DNA from: Bacteroidota bacterium
GTDB lineage: Bacteria; Bacteroidota; Bacteroidia; AKYH767-A; 2013-40CM-41-45
Length of the DNA: 64,000 bases
Direction of reading: 5' to 3'
Assembly: GCA_031367345.1 (NCBI GenBank)
Contig: JANLPR010000118.1
Span: forward strand, 121,591-185,590
Within the stretch, counting starts at the first letter, position 1. Each line of letters opens with the position of its first letter. The translations under genes and the position numbers were made by a program. The notes below the pieces were generated by a model that was given only the letters and a program-made list of their open reading frames with translations, was not told the origin of the DNA and did not search any database. Shown piece by piece: positions 48,001 to 57,781 of the stretch.

Positions 48001-49357
48001 CCGATGTATAAGCCCCATTGATATTAGAATTTCCTATGCAATTAAAATCGCGAGTAATTGCAATTCGAATTTTGTTAATACTTGAATCGGCATATGCAAA
48101 ATACAAGGAAGACGTACCTGAAACATTAATATCATTATTGATTGTAAAAGTTCCAATACCTTTTGCTTGCAAGCCGGAGGAAGGTTGACCCAGCAAATAG
48201 TTGTTTAGTCCATTCAATATATTAAAATCGTTTGTGGTAAAATTACACGCTCCATTTCCGCCTTCTAAAAAACAGAATGATCCTGAACCTGTAGTATTAT
48301 TTAGTGTAGTATTACCGCTAACAATTATTTTGCAAGGCGCATCAGCTCTATTAACAAGAAATACCTTTCCACCTGTATAATCTATATTTCCAGTCACAGC
48401 AAGTCGAAAATCTCCTCCAAGAATGTAGTTGTTTCCATTAATACCATAGAAATCATTTGAAAAGGTCAGGTTCCCATTCACGTTCCATGTTAGGATTCCA
48501 ACACTCGTATCCATTACTACGGAAGCATTTCCATTGGCTTGGTTTGCTACACTGCAAGATCCCGTTGTTAAATTAAGATTTCGATTAGCACCACGCTGAA
48601 AAATTATCTTACCTGAATTATTAATAATTACATCTTGAAGAACAAGAGATGTAGTGTTTCCGGTACCATCATCCATTATGACAGTACCGGAACTAACAGT
48701 TAAGTTCCCTTTAATTCTTGCTGAAGTTGGCAAGGAGAAGTAACCATCTTGGTCCCAAATTCCTCCCGGAACACTTGCATCAAAAACAATATTTCCAAAA
48801 TTACTTGTGGCAACTCTTGAAGGATCACCTAAAGCAATAGATCCATTATACCATTTCTTTAATATCAATGTTGAAGTAGGAGAAAAATTTTCTAAACTGT
48901 TATAAAAAATGCTTTCATCAGCTAAAATATTTCGAATAGGATTATGAAAGTAAGAACCATTTCCAGCAAGAGTGAACGTTTTATTTGCAACATTGAAATG
49001 AATAATTCCCTTATTCACTAATTGACCGTTAGCATTGACTAATATATTTCCGGCAATCTGAAGATCAGAAATTAGATTTGAATTAATTTGCACAACACCA
49101 TTAATTGTTAGATCACTAATTTGTGGGGTGACCACATCTACGGTTAAAGTGCATCCTGCAGCCACAATAACAGTTTGGCCTGCAGTTGGAGGTGCGGGTG
49201 ACCAGATAATTGGTGAGGACCAATTTCCTGAAGAAATACAACTTACCTGTGCTTTTGATCCTAATGAAAAAAATAAAGTAAAGCAAAGACAGAGTAAATA
49301 ATTTTCTCGACCACGAAGAATATGAATTAATAGCTGTTTCAAATTGTAAATTATCAA
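45098..49357 (-). CDS. giant (1419 aa) secreted Asn/Gly/Ser/Thr-rich beta-helix-like surface protein with T9SS C-terminal sorting domain
   Basis: Signal peptide. ~1200 aa of low-complexity N/G/S/T-rich repeats typical of parallel beta-helix adhesins. C-terminal GIYLLKIDIFGKSISKRFFIN type-A CTD. Confidence 0.65.
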   Translation of the reverse strand: MIIYNLKQLLIHILRGRENYLLCLCFTLFFSLGSKAQVSCISSGNWSSPIIWSPAPPTAGQTVIVAAGCTLTVDVVTPQISDLTINGVVQINSNLISDLQIAGNILVNANGQLVNKGIIHFNVANKTFTLAGNGSYFHNPIRNILADESIFYNSLENFSPTSTLILKKWYNGSIALGDPSRVATSNFGNIVFDASVPGGIWDQDGYFSLPTSARIKGNLTVSSGTVIMDDGTGNTTSLVLQDVIINNSGKIIFQRGANRNLNLTTGSCSVANQANGNASVVMDTSVGILTWNVNGNLTFSNDFYGINGNNYILGGDFRLAVTGNIDYTGGKVFLVNRADAPCKIIVSGNTTLNNTTGSGSFCFLEGGNGACNFTTNDFNILNGLNNYLLGQPSSGLQAKGIGTFTINNDINVSGTSSLYFAYADSSINKIRIAITRDFNCIGNSNINGAYTSGSFTLKTGRNISFLGGKFSGQIYSSNASIDSIIVGTAFTFNSSVSTDFFKASKAGGTTIVSSPNFNILNSGLLYGQGVALVDSGSSNLTLITSAFNQSGGQFTGILSGSGNFTFNCSGALTKSAGVFKGCSNTVYSNPGIFNFTLGSIDFSGGYFSAYHNTNNSGGTGIMTVNGNCSINFTSATDEFYIIGLTGTGFDINNLLLNLSITGSLNISGANGTFISSRSLGSESISLGSMQVSGGTNSFNCEVNSLTSNGHNISLFVSGNINIDGGTTYLSAYSQTLFATINGGITITNGSLSLKGGDCTTSTVNVLGGFSLTNGEFYLHNTLTDELPPSATITLNINSNDDNVGNFIHTGGIFTFDNCLTTPAALNLIMNVKSPTYTLGGTGVITMTKPGISTVYAYLNFARNGTTNFDRSGSHLIQQVKQTINSGCILDIVNGDMQIASNNSISTPPEFLWVNAGGVLNVRSNKIFSNALKPNSGITVLGRIKTANTFGLYNGTTNATFSTNISDNLDYYLASTSTIEYNGTSNQIVTGIGIGKAQFSYHKYGNLDINFQGIPNINFAFLTNLPNDSSVAIRTALILTNGELNLDDDHNPSNGGGRKLIIESGLTSSIQRSSGYIRSETEDNSALLKWNIGSNLGAHVIPFGFSSTEYIPFTFTLNSGSAPGFYVGSYHTGASNLPLPPSVTHIRNNSGVDNNANTVDRFWSMKVTGSSIYNASLNFKATPTEIGTITSLTAQRWILQVTSWTNPPPGTQTPNASGNSTSGITDISNWWTLSGNNTPLPIDLIRFEGACKENEISLDWTTASETNNDYFLLESSTNGFEFSTIASIKGHGTASSFNNYSFVDKESMSQINYYRLTQFDFDGNFKVYPVIAVHSCRSEIIQINSTNDGLAPKIILNSLGYINARIVIYTIEGKEILSDEFVLEKGENNIQTRLVGLSSGIYLLKIDIFGKSISKRFFIN

Positions 49358-49385
49358 AGGTCACAAATATACTTTATTTCCTGAA

Positions 49386-49403
49386 CCCCTTACTGGCAAG
49401 GGG
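49386..49403 (-). terminator. possible weak terminator hairpin between the two giant genes
   Basis: CCCCTT-ACTGGC-AAGGGG stem-loop; poor T-run on the minus strand. Confidence 0.25.
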
Positions 49404-49543
49404 CTACAGAAGACAATATGTTTATCAACAACCTAAAAATAAAGTTTATAACAGCCTAGTTCAAGTATAAATCGTCAAAACCCACAAAAAAATTGGCTAA
49501 CAGCAGTGTTCGCTTGGTTAAAATCCTATTGCTATTCCCAAAA

Positions 49544-52500
49544 CTATGGGTTGGCCTTCGTAAAAGTAGTTTTTGTTTTATTTTCAATCCAAGAATAATC
49601 GGTCGACTCGATAATACCATCGCCATTAATATCACCTGGATAATAACCAACATAGTACCCGCTGCTTAAAGATGAATTTTCAACGTTAAAATCATTGAAA
49701 TTGATTGCTCCATCTTGATTTAGGTCACCAGTATGCAAAGCATAAACACCAGGTTCTACTAATATTTGATTACTTCCATACGCTTTAGTAGCACCAATTG
49801 TAAAATCGTAGAGTGTGTCAGGAGTATTAAAACCAAAAATTACCGAACTCCATACCTCAAGGCTGTTCCTATTTTTAATAGCTATATAGTAATTTTGACC
49901 TAATGCGGGTTGAGGAAACAAGATATTGGAATTACCGAATACACTTACCACTCCTTTAGAAGAATAATCAACTAGTTTTGTTACCGGATTAATCAAATTC
50001 ACAGTGATTGAATCAGCTAAAGTATCTGCGGGATTAAGCAATGCAACCATTTTATGAGTGCTGGCTAAATAAAGACCTTCTAAAAACACTTTTAGTTTCA
50101 GACTGTAATCCAAAGGTTCAGTGGCGAATGCATTGATATTACAGGTTTGTGAAATTCCTGCCACATTTACTCCAACCACAGACCAGTAATAGTTAGCACC
50201 TTGTTGCATGGTACCTGTAAGAGCAAAAGTATCGGTAGTATTTATTAGTACTTGTGTAGGAGGATTTACAAAATCCAAGTAAACACGATAGGTACTTATG
50301 TTAGGAATCTTTGACCATTTTAAAGTTGAACCTGTGTGAGGAATAAAAGAAGTTGCATTTTGGGGAATCATAGTGCTTGCACAAGTAGGAATAGATGTGG
50401 TGACGTTAATAGAAAAAAGCCCTGTACCACCACCAACTCCTGCATGATAAACACGAATGAAATATGTCTGCCCTACTGTAAGAGTTGATGCAGTCAATAC
50501 TTCTTGTTGACCATTTCCATAAGTATTTACACATTGAAGTGAATTCAACGAGCCACAGCTATTGGAGAATAGCTGTATAACCGCATTAAATCCATTTCCT
50601 GAATTGACAGTTATAATTTCAATTGGATATGTTGCCACGAAAGAATACCAAACATCATCGTCAGGAGTAGTGCCGCTAAGCGAACAAAGTGGAATCGAAG
50701 CTGAAGTAGTAGCAGCGATTGTTTGACTTCCCGTTGTAAATGCATTTGCGGTAGTTACAGGAAGTGAAATTGCACTAGAGCAATTGTCATTTATAGGAGG
50801 AACCGGTGTAGCACTAACACAAATAGCAAATTGACCGCTACCTGTCCCTGCGCCAACCTGATTATGGTAAATTCTCAGAAAATATTGCTGACCTAAAATT
50901 AAATTAGTGGAGTTTATATATTCCGTTAATCCACTACCTGATGAATCTTTGCATGCAACCAATACATTTGAAGAATTATATAATTCTACTGCAGGATCAT
51001 AGTTCCCACTGCCCATTACTTTTATAGTAGTATTCGAATTGGTGGCAGTAAATTCAAACCAGACATCATCGTCGGCATTTCCACCGGCACATGCCACAAG
51101 AGAAGGTGTAGCGGTAGCATTGACCGAAGAAAAATAAGATCCACAAAGATCTGTGCATGGAGAGCTCCCCACGTCAAGATGTTGTGGTGATGACCGAAGG
51201 TCGTTGCTAGGTATTATGGTCGTTGCAACATATGATAGGTATGAACCTGGAGATAATTTTAAAGACGTAGCACAAGTAGGAGGATCAGTTAGATTAGAAA
51301 TTCCCGGTGTACCAAAGTTTCTCGTGTTGGCGGTTAATTGATTAAAATATTCTCCAGCTAATGGAGTAGCGCTTACATTTACTCCATTTATACCAATCGT
51401 ATACGAATACACATAATTAATGGTGCCATTAAATGGTTCCATACTTCCATAAACGTTTTCTATTTCAGAAGTAGCTTCATACAATTTTAGCTGAAAATTA
51501 AAATTGGGACCAGCATTATTATAAATTTCCATTCCCAACCATTCTATAATAAAAATTCTACTCCCTGTAACACCAGAAACTGTATATCTGATTGATGCAT
51601 CCAAATTTGATTGCAGTCCTGCATTTCCTTGACAAACTAAGTCTTCATAGAACGGTGCAATGATTAATGGCCCGGCGTTCATAGTAAGTGAATTAGTATA
51701 ACTATAAGCACCACTTCCATTTCCAGTAAGAGCAGTTGTTGTATTAAAAGTTATAAACCCATTAGTAGAAACTAAAAAAGAAGAATATGTTTTACCTTGA
51801 TAATTAAAATTAAATCCAATTGGTTGTGAAACACTTAAATTATCATCTGTGTTTGTTCCATTCTTCCAACCAGTAACAACTGTTCCGGTTGACAAAATAG
51901 AAGAATAGCTGATACCAGTATTCCTAACAACATTATAGTTGATGCTAGGAGCAGTCGTAAATGAATTTATTGAACACCCACTTGCCGATCCTGTAGCGTT
52001 CTTAGGTACCACTTTGTAATAATATACTGTATTAAAACCAAGAGTAGAAGTAGGGGTATAGGTTGTACTAACTTGCGATGTAGATACCAACGGCGGGTTT
52101 GAAGAGGTTCCAAAATATACATCATAAGATGTTGGGTTTCCTGTTCCTGCAGTCCAGCTTAGCGCAGTTGCACTTGAAATTCCGGTTGAACCAGCAACAG
52201 GAATTGACGCGCTTACACATGATGGAGGAAGCAATGGAGGAGTAAATGTATAAGACACGCCACTAGTGATAGCAGCAGTATTACTATTGTTTGAAGTAGC
52301 ACTCGAAAACGAAGCAGTAGATGCAGATGGTGTCACACTCCAAAAATCAGTTGTAGATGTAGCCAAACCGACTGAATATGCTCCAGCATTAACTATCAAT
52401 CCTGAATTGTAAACGAACTGAATTACATTTGTCGTTTCAAATAACCAAACTTGAAATTTTCCTGCGTTAGTTGTACTACTTTTAGGAACGTTTAAAATAA

Positions 52501-52939
52501 ATTCAACTGCTAATTTACGATTAGGTGATGTTCCAATTAATTTATAACCACAATAACCGGTAGTACCTGTTGTGAGATCATCCCAATAAGGTGCTATTTT
52601 AGGAAAGTCTGAATTGACAATTAAATTATTGACAGCATTGTTTGAAATTACTGTTGCTCCAAGTCTCATCAATCCATTTGAGTTAGTTGAGAATTGACTA
52701 TAGATAATATTATTGAAAGTAAAATTGAAACCAATATTTTGAACAGTACTTGCTACATCATCTTGACCGGTTAAAAACAAAGGAGTAAACCCGTTCATAT
52801 TTTCTAATACAGCACCAGTACTCACCGAAGTTGTATATAGATTAACTTGAGCTGAAGTACCAATAGAATTGAGTAAAAGAATTATACTATTCAAAAATAA
52901 AATTTTGAATAATTTAGATTCAAGTAATATTTTTTTCAT
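49544..52939 (-). CDS. large (1131 aa) secreted multi-domain surface protein: duplicated N-terminal beta-sandwich units, FN3-like domain, two PPC-like repeats, and a C-terminal dockerin-like double Ca-loop motif instead of a T9SS CTD
   Basis: Signal peptide. Repeated IGFNF...STNG units. FN3-like YDVYFGTSSNPP...YYYKVVPKN. Duplicated ~130-aa units containing DDDVW(F/Y)(E/S)F...Y(F)(L/I)R(I/V)YH. C-terminal GDLNQDGAINFNDF and GDINGDGIIESTDY. Confidence 0.6.
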   Translation of the reverse strand: MKKILLESKLFKILFLNSIILLLNSIGTSAQVNLYTTSVSTGAVLENMNGFTPLFLTGQDDVASTVQNIGFNFTFNNIIYSQFSTNSNGLMRLGATVISNNAVNNLIVNSDFPKIAPYWDDLTTGTTGYCGYKLIGTSPNRKLAVEFILNVPKSSTTNAGKFQVWLFETTNVIQFVYNSGLIVNAGAYSVGLATSTTDFWSVTPSASTASFSSATSNNSNTAAITSGVSYTFTPPLLPPSCVSASIPVAGSTGISSATALSWTAGTGNPTSYDVYFGTSSNPPLVSTSQVSTTYTPTSTLGFNTVYYYKVVPKNATGSASGCSINSFTTAPSINYNVVRNTGISYSSILSTGTVVTGWKNGTNTDDNLSVSQPIGFNFNYQGKTYSSFLVSTNGFITFNTTTALTGNGSGAYSYTNSLTMNAGPLIIAPFYEDLVCQGNAGLQSNLDASIRYTVSGVTGSRIFIIEWLGMEIYNNAGPNFNFQLKLYEATSEIENVYGSMEPFNGTINYVYSYTIGINGVNVSATPLAGEYFNQLTANTRNFGTPGISNLTDPPTCATSLKLSPGSYLSYVATTIIPSNDLRSSPQHLDVGSSPCTDLCGSYFSSVNATATPSLVACAGGNADDDVWFEFTATNSNTTIKVMGSGNYDPAVELYNSSNVLVACKDSSGSGLTEYINSTNLILGQQYFLRIYHNQVGAGTGSGQFAICVSATPVPPINDNCSSAISLPVTTANAFTTGSQTIAATTSASIPLCSLSGTTPDDDVWYSFVATYPIEIITVNSGNGFNAVIQLFSNSCGSLNSLQCVNTYGNGQQEVLTASTLTVGQTYFIRVYHAGVGGGTGLFSINVTTSIPTCASTMIPQNATSFIPHTGSTLKWSKIPNISTYRVYLDFVNPPTQVLINTTDTFALTGTMQQGANYYWSVVGVNVAGISQTCNINAFATEPLDYSLKLKVFLEGLYLASTHKMVALLNPADTLADSITVNLINPVTKLVDYSSKGVVSVFGNSNILFPQPALGQNYYIAIKNRNSLEVWSSVIFGFNTPDTLYDFTIGATKAYGSNQILVEPGVYALHTGDLNQDGAINFNDFNVENSSLSSGYYVGYYPGDINGDGIIESTDYSWIENKTKTTFTKANP

Positions 52940-53165
52940 TTTTGTTATTCGATGTAGTATTAGTTCTTACCTACTTTTATTATTTACTTTGCATTCGACA
53001 ACCATAATTTGGGAGAGTTGTTGATGCCTTTAAAAAAATCACGCAGCTTGTTAAACTAACAAAATCAGAAGTTTACCAACCAAAGATAAGTTCTGAAAGA
53101 TGATTTTCCAATAGGTATCAAAGGTTTATTTATTAACTAATATTGCAGTTCTATTCACATCATTT

Positions 53166-54782
53166 ATGTCTTACTTTACCCTAGAAAAGCTTCCATTCGC
53201 AGAAACTGGCGTCCTTTCTCCAACAGTACTTGAATATATCAGAAAAGGGTCCCAATTGAGCGCTTTAATTGAATTCGAGGACACGATTGAAGGTTTTAAT
53301 CAGATTATAAAGAAGAACCCCACTTTCAGAGGTAACAGAGAAAAGCTCAGAAACGTATTGATCGATCAATATAAAGCTTCAAAAATAGGCTTAAATGACA
53401 AGGTTTCTGAAAATATCAAATCGTTAACATCCTTAAATACATTTACAGTAACTACGGGTCACCAACTGAATATTCTTTCCGGACCACTGTATGTTTTTTA
53501 TAAGTTAGTTTCGACAATCAATTTGGCAGAGCAACTTCGATTGAAATTCCCATCCCACAATTTCATTCCGATTTATTGGATGGCAAGTGAGGATCATGAT
53601 ATTGAAGAAATCAACCATATCAATTTGTTTGGGAAGAGACCGGCATTTGAAACTCTTTATGCAGGACCAACAGGAAGATTACCTATCAGTGAAACTACAA
53701 AAGCGATAAATGAAATAATAGAACTTTTAGGCCAAAGTACACACGCAGATGAACTGAAGAAAGTTATTCAAGAAAGTTATCTTGGTACTACAAACTTATC
53801 GGATGCAACGCGTAAATGGGTAAATTATTTTTTTGAAAAATATGGCCTAGTAATTCTAGATGCGAACGAGCGAACTTTTAAAGAATCCTTTGCTCCAATT
53901 ATTAAGAAAGAATTATTACAAAGCTTTATTAAGCAAGAGACAGAGAAAGCAATTAAAATATTAAAAAATAATTTTCACATTCAAGTAAATCCAAGAGAAA
54001 TAAATCTCTTTTATTTGCATAATAATTTAAGAAATCGAATCGTAAAAGTCGGAAATCATTTTGAAGTTTTAAATTCTACAATCCGATTTACAGAAGAAGA
54101 AATTGAAGCAGAAGTAGTTTCTTATCCTGAAAAATTTAGTCCGAATGTATTACTTCGTCCTCTTTATCAACAATGGATACTACCAAATATTGCAAACATT
54201 GGTGGTCCGGCAGAACTAGAATATTGGCTGGAGTTGAAACCTGCGTTTGATGCAACACATATACAAATGCCAATCTTAATGTTACGCAACAGCGCTTTAA
54301 TAATCGATAAAACCATCAACACCAAATGGAATAAATTTGGCTTTACTACAAACGATTTTTTTCTTGATGAAAATGAATTAGTAAAAAAACATCTTTCATC
54401 CGGCAAATTGAAAGATTTTGACACCTTATTTTTTCAGAATAAAATAATATCAGAGTTTGACAAGCTCATTGAACAAGTGTCTAACATTGATATTACACTT
54501 AAAGCAAGTTTTGAGTCAGAAAAACACAAATTATTGAATTCTTTAAAATCATTAGAGGAGAAAGTTATTAGGACTGTCAAGAAAAAAGAGGAAACAGAAT
54601 TAAATCAAATTTATAAAATTAAAGAAAAATTGTTTCCTCAAAAAAAATTGCAAGAAAGAATTGACTCCGTTCTGCCATATTACTTAAAGGATGGAATGGA
54701 GTTTATTGAATTATTAAAAAAATCATTTGACCCATTCGATCCAAGTTTCTTAGTATTTAAAGAAGATGAAAGTAACTCTTAA
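53166..54782 (+). CDS. bshC: putative bacillithiol biosynthesis cysteine-adding enzyme BshC
   Basis: 538 aa (BshC is ~540 aa). N-terminal region with TTGHQLNILSGPLYVFYKL and YWMASEDHD motifs recalled as BshC/YllA-specific. C-terminal coiled-coil. Confidence 0.5.
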   Translation: MSYFTLEKLPFAETGVLSPTVLEYIRKGSQLSALIEFEDTIEGFNQIIKKNPTFRGNREKLRNVLIDQYKASKIGLNDKVSENIKSLTSLNTFTVTTGHQLNILSGPLYVFYKLVSTINLAEQLRLKFPSHNFIPIYWMASEDHDIEEINHINLFGKRPAFETLYAGPTGRLPISETTKAINEIIELLGQSTHADELKKVIQESYLGTTNLSDATRKWVNYFFEKYGLVILDANERTFKESFAPIIKKELLQSFIKQETEKAIKILKNNFHIQVNPREINLFYLHNNLRNRIVKVGNHFEVLNSTIRFTEEEIEAEVVSYPEKFSPNVLLRPLYQQWILPNIANIGGPAELEYWLELKPAFDATHIQMPILMLRNSALIIDKTINTKWNKFGFTTNDFFLDENELVKKHLSSGKLKDFDTLFFQNKIISEFDKLIEQVSNIDITLKASFESEKHKLLNSLKSLEEKVIRTVKKKEETELNQIYKIKEKLFPQKKLQERIDSVLPYYLKDGMEFIELLKKSFDPFDPSFLVFKEDESNS

Positions 54783-55936
54783 TCAATTATAAACTTTCCG
54801 GTTGTAATTTCTTTTTTATCGCTTAAAATTCTATAAAAATAAATTCCTGATGATAATCCATCACGTTTGAAAGGAATTGACTTGGTATTACCAAAAGAAA
54901 CAATTTCTTCTTTCTTTTTAGTTCCCAAATTGTCATAGACTTCAAGATACGTTTTAGTTGTGCTCTCTTCAATATTCTCCAAATTAATTACACCTTGATC
55001 AATAATAGGATTCGGATAAATGAATGAAGTTTGAAGTGATCTTGTTATATCTTGAACTTTATTGGTCAAAAATATTTCTTCTACCGGCCTAGCATTGGCA
55101 CTATTGCCAGCATATGGGAGACCATACATATCTTCAATTGTTCGTAACAAATTATAATGATTATATCCATTAGTTGAATATTGTCCGGATTGAATCATTG
55201 GACCAACAAATATACATGGAATATGGTTTGAGCTAAGATTATCATCTTCATCAAAAAGTACTACTAATAAACTATTATTCATCATAGCCCAATTTACATA
55301 GGCTGATAGATTTGTATTTACCCAAGCATCGCCTGAAATTATTCTAGCCGGATCCACACCATTGTGCATATCATTATCCATATTAGGAATCACAAAACTT
55401 ACCGTAGGCAAATTTGTAAAATCAGAAGGAAAATGATCCATTGTTAAATTGATAGACGTTGGTATTTGATTTGTACCGTTTCCCTGCCAATTAATCCAAG
55501 GGCTATGTTTCCGGCCATAACTTCCTGATGCACCTACAAGAGATCCAATTGCAGGAAGGTCTTCTGAATATCCTGTAAAAGTAAAACCCGAATTAATAAG
55601 TGACGCACCTAAGTTAGGAGTTGACCATGGAGTTCCTACTGGTAAATTATCATTAGTAACACCTTGATTTGATCCTGAGAATAGCATTATGTAATTCGGT
55701 TGGCTTGGATGACTTAGTGCATAATATTCTACCATATTAGCACCAATGGAAGAAAGGTGATTAATATAAGGAGCGGAGGGACATCCAATAACCTGGCTAT
55801 AGCCATGATTTTCCAAAACACATATTACTATATGATCAGGCCTAGGAATACTTGCATTTGACTTTTGGATACCAGAGATGATGGTCAATACAAATACTAA
55901 TAGGCAAGAAATTTTCAGAGATTGATATTTTGTCAT
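54779..55936 (-). CDS. secreted phosphoesterase-family (AcpA/PLC-like acid phosphatase) protein with T9SS C-terminal sorting domain
   Basis: Signal peptide. Phosphoesterase-family N-terminus (IVICVLENHGYSQVIG...HPSQPNY). C-terminal FIYPNPIIDQGVIN...GIYFYRI T9SS CTD. ATG start at 55936; the track start is a TTG. Confidence 0.6.
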   Translation of the reverse strand: MTKYQSLKISCLLVFVLTIISGIQKSNASIPRPDHIVICVLENHGYSQVIGCPSAPYINHLSSIGANMVEYYALSHPSQPNYIMLFSGSNQGVTNDNLPVGTPWSTPNLGASLINSGFTFTGYSEDLPAIGSLVGASGSYGRKHSPWINWQGNGTNQIPTSINLTMDHFPSDFTNLPTVSFVIPNMDNDMHNGVDPARIISGDAWVNTNLSAYVNWAMMNNSLLVVLFDEDDNLSSNHIPCIFVGPMIQSGQYSTNGYNHYNLLRTIEDMYGLPYAGNSANARPVEEIFLTNKVQDITRSLQTSFIYPNPIIDQGVINLENIEESTTKTYLEVYDNLGTKKKEEIVSFGNTKSIPFKRDGLSSGIYFYRILSDKKEITTGKFIID

Positions 55937-56233
55937 GTTATTATGTAGCTTGTATTTTTTGATACGGTGCAAAAAAACAATCGATACTGTTTCAATTATG
56001 AAGTGACTGAATCATAAGTGGTTAATAATGTCGTTTTCACACAGAACATGAATTAAAAGCAATGTTTTAACGAATAAATAGCTAAAACTTACTGTTGGAT
56101 ATGTTAATAAAAAAGAAAAACAATTCTCAAATGTTCTTATAAGATTCAATTTAGAAGATGAGAAAATCAAAAAAAAGAAAATGTTGCATTTGTATTGAAT
56201 AAGATTCTTTAATCACAAAAAATAACAATATTT

Positions 56234-57763
56234 TTGCGCATGCATCAGAAAATTCTCATTGCCGACTTCGGATCACAATACACACAACTTATTGCCCGTC
56301 GAATTAGAGAACTGAATGTTTATTGCGAAATCCACCCGTTTCAACATTTTCCCGAGATCAGCTCAGATGTATTGGGAGTGATTCTTTCCGGAAGCCCTTC
56401 TTCTGTTCACGAAAACGGACATCCCGAACTTCATCTCCCTTTTAGGGGTCAAATTCCAATCTTGGGAATTTGTTATGGTGCTCAATTACTTTCGTTTCAA
56501 AACGGAGGGGAGATTTTGCCTTCCAAAATAAGAGAATATGGTCGCGCACATTTGGTCTCGATTAGTGAGAATCCTCTTTTAAAAAACATCGCTCGCAAAT
56601 CAATAGTTTGGATGTCGCATGGTGATACGATTTCAAGCATTCCTCAAAATTTTGAAATACTTGCAAGCACAGAAGAAGTGAAAATTGCTGCCTTCAAAAT
56701 TAAGAATGAAAATACATTTGGAATTCAATTCCATCCTGAAGTCACGCATTCAGTTGATGGAAAACAATTATTAAAAAATTTTTTAGTTGACATTTGTGGA
56801 TGTACTCAAGATTGGACACCTAAATCGTTTGCGCAAGAAACGATTGAAAATTTGAAAAAACAATTGCAGAATGATATCGTCGTTCTTGGGTTATCAGGAG
56901 GAGTCGATAGTTCAGTTGCTGCAGTTCTCCTTCATAAAGCAATTGGTACAAATCTTCATTGTATTTTTGTTGATAATGGTCTATTGAGAAAAGATGAGTT
57001 CGAGCAAGTATTGGATTCATATAAAAGCATGGGATTAAATATAACCGGGGTAGATTCAAAGGAAAAGTTTTACTTAGCCTTAGAAGGTCTTACTGATCCT
57101 GAAGAAAAGCGGAAAGCAATAGGAAAAACTTTTATCGAAGTTTTCGATGAGGAAGCACATAGAATAAAAAACGTAACATGGTTAGCTCAAGGCACAATTT
57201 ATCCGGATATTATAGAGAGTGTGAGTATTAATGGACCTAGTGCAACAATTAAAAGTCACCATAATGTTGGAGGACTTCCTGAAACGATGAAACTTAAAGT
57301 AGTTGAACCGCTAAATACACTTTTCAAAGATGAAGTACGTTCTGTTGGGAGAGAACTAAAGATCGATAACGTTATTTTAAACAGACATCCATTCCCTGGC
57401 CCGGGTTTAGCAATTCGAATACTAGGGAATATTACCCGTGAAAAGGTTGCTATTGTTCAACAGGCTGATGAAATTTTTATTTCACAACTAAAGAAAGAAG
57501 GTTTATATGATTCAGTTTGGCAAGCAGGCGCAATTTTATTACCAGTTCAATCGGTTGGAGTAATGGGCGATGAACGAACGTATGAGAACGCGATCTGTTT
57601 ACGTGCGGTTCAATCGGTCGATGGAATGACAGCTGACTGGGTTCATTTACCTTATAACTTTCTAGCCAATGTTTCTAACGAAATAATAAATAAGGTGAAA
57701 GGAATAAACAGAGTAGTTTATGACATTAGTTCAAAACCACCAGCAACAATAGAATGGGAATAA
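56234..57763 (+). CDS. guaA: GMP synthase (glutamine-hydrolysing)
   Basis: Class I GATase (ILGICYGAQ), ATP-PPase SGGVDSSV motif, C-terminal dimerisation domain; 509 aa. Confidence 0.9.
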   Translation: MRMHQKILIADFGSQYTQLIARRIRELNVYCEIHPFQHFPEISSDVLGVILSGSPSSVHENGHPELHLPFRGQIPILGICYGAQLLSFQNGGEILPSKIREYGRAHLVSISENPLLKNIARKSIVWMSHGDTISSIPQNFEILASTEEVKIAAFKIKNENTFGIQFHPEVTHSVDGKQLLKNFLVDICGCTQDWTPKSFAQETIENLKKQLQNDIVVLGLSGGVDSSVAAVLLHKAIGTNLHCIFVDNGLLRKDEFEQVLDSYKSMGLNITGVDSKEKFYLALEGLTDPEEKRKAIGKTFIEVFDEEAHRIKNVTWLAQGTIYPDIIESVSINGPSATIKSHHNVGGLPETMKLKVVEPLNTLFKDEVRSVGRELKIDNVILNRHPFPGPGLAIRILGNITREKVAIVQQADEIFISQLKKEGLYDSVWQAGAILLPVQSVGVMGDERTYENAICLRAVQSVDGMTADWVHLPYNFLANVSNEIINKVKGINRVVYDISSKPPATIEWE

Positions 57764-57781
57764 TCTATTAATTAAACCACC

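Noticed and set aside
56223-56236. Bacteroidetes-type -7 promoter element TATTTTTG just upstream of guaA
   Set aside because: The motif is only ~4 nt from the predicted guaA ATG, too close for a normal -7 box. Could be coincidence in AT-rich DNA or imply a later start codon; not reported as a feature.
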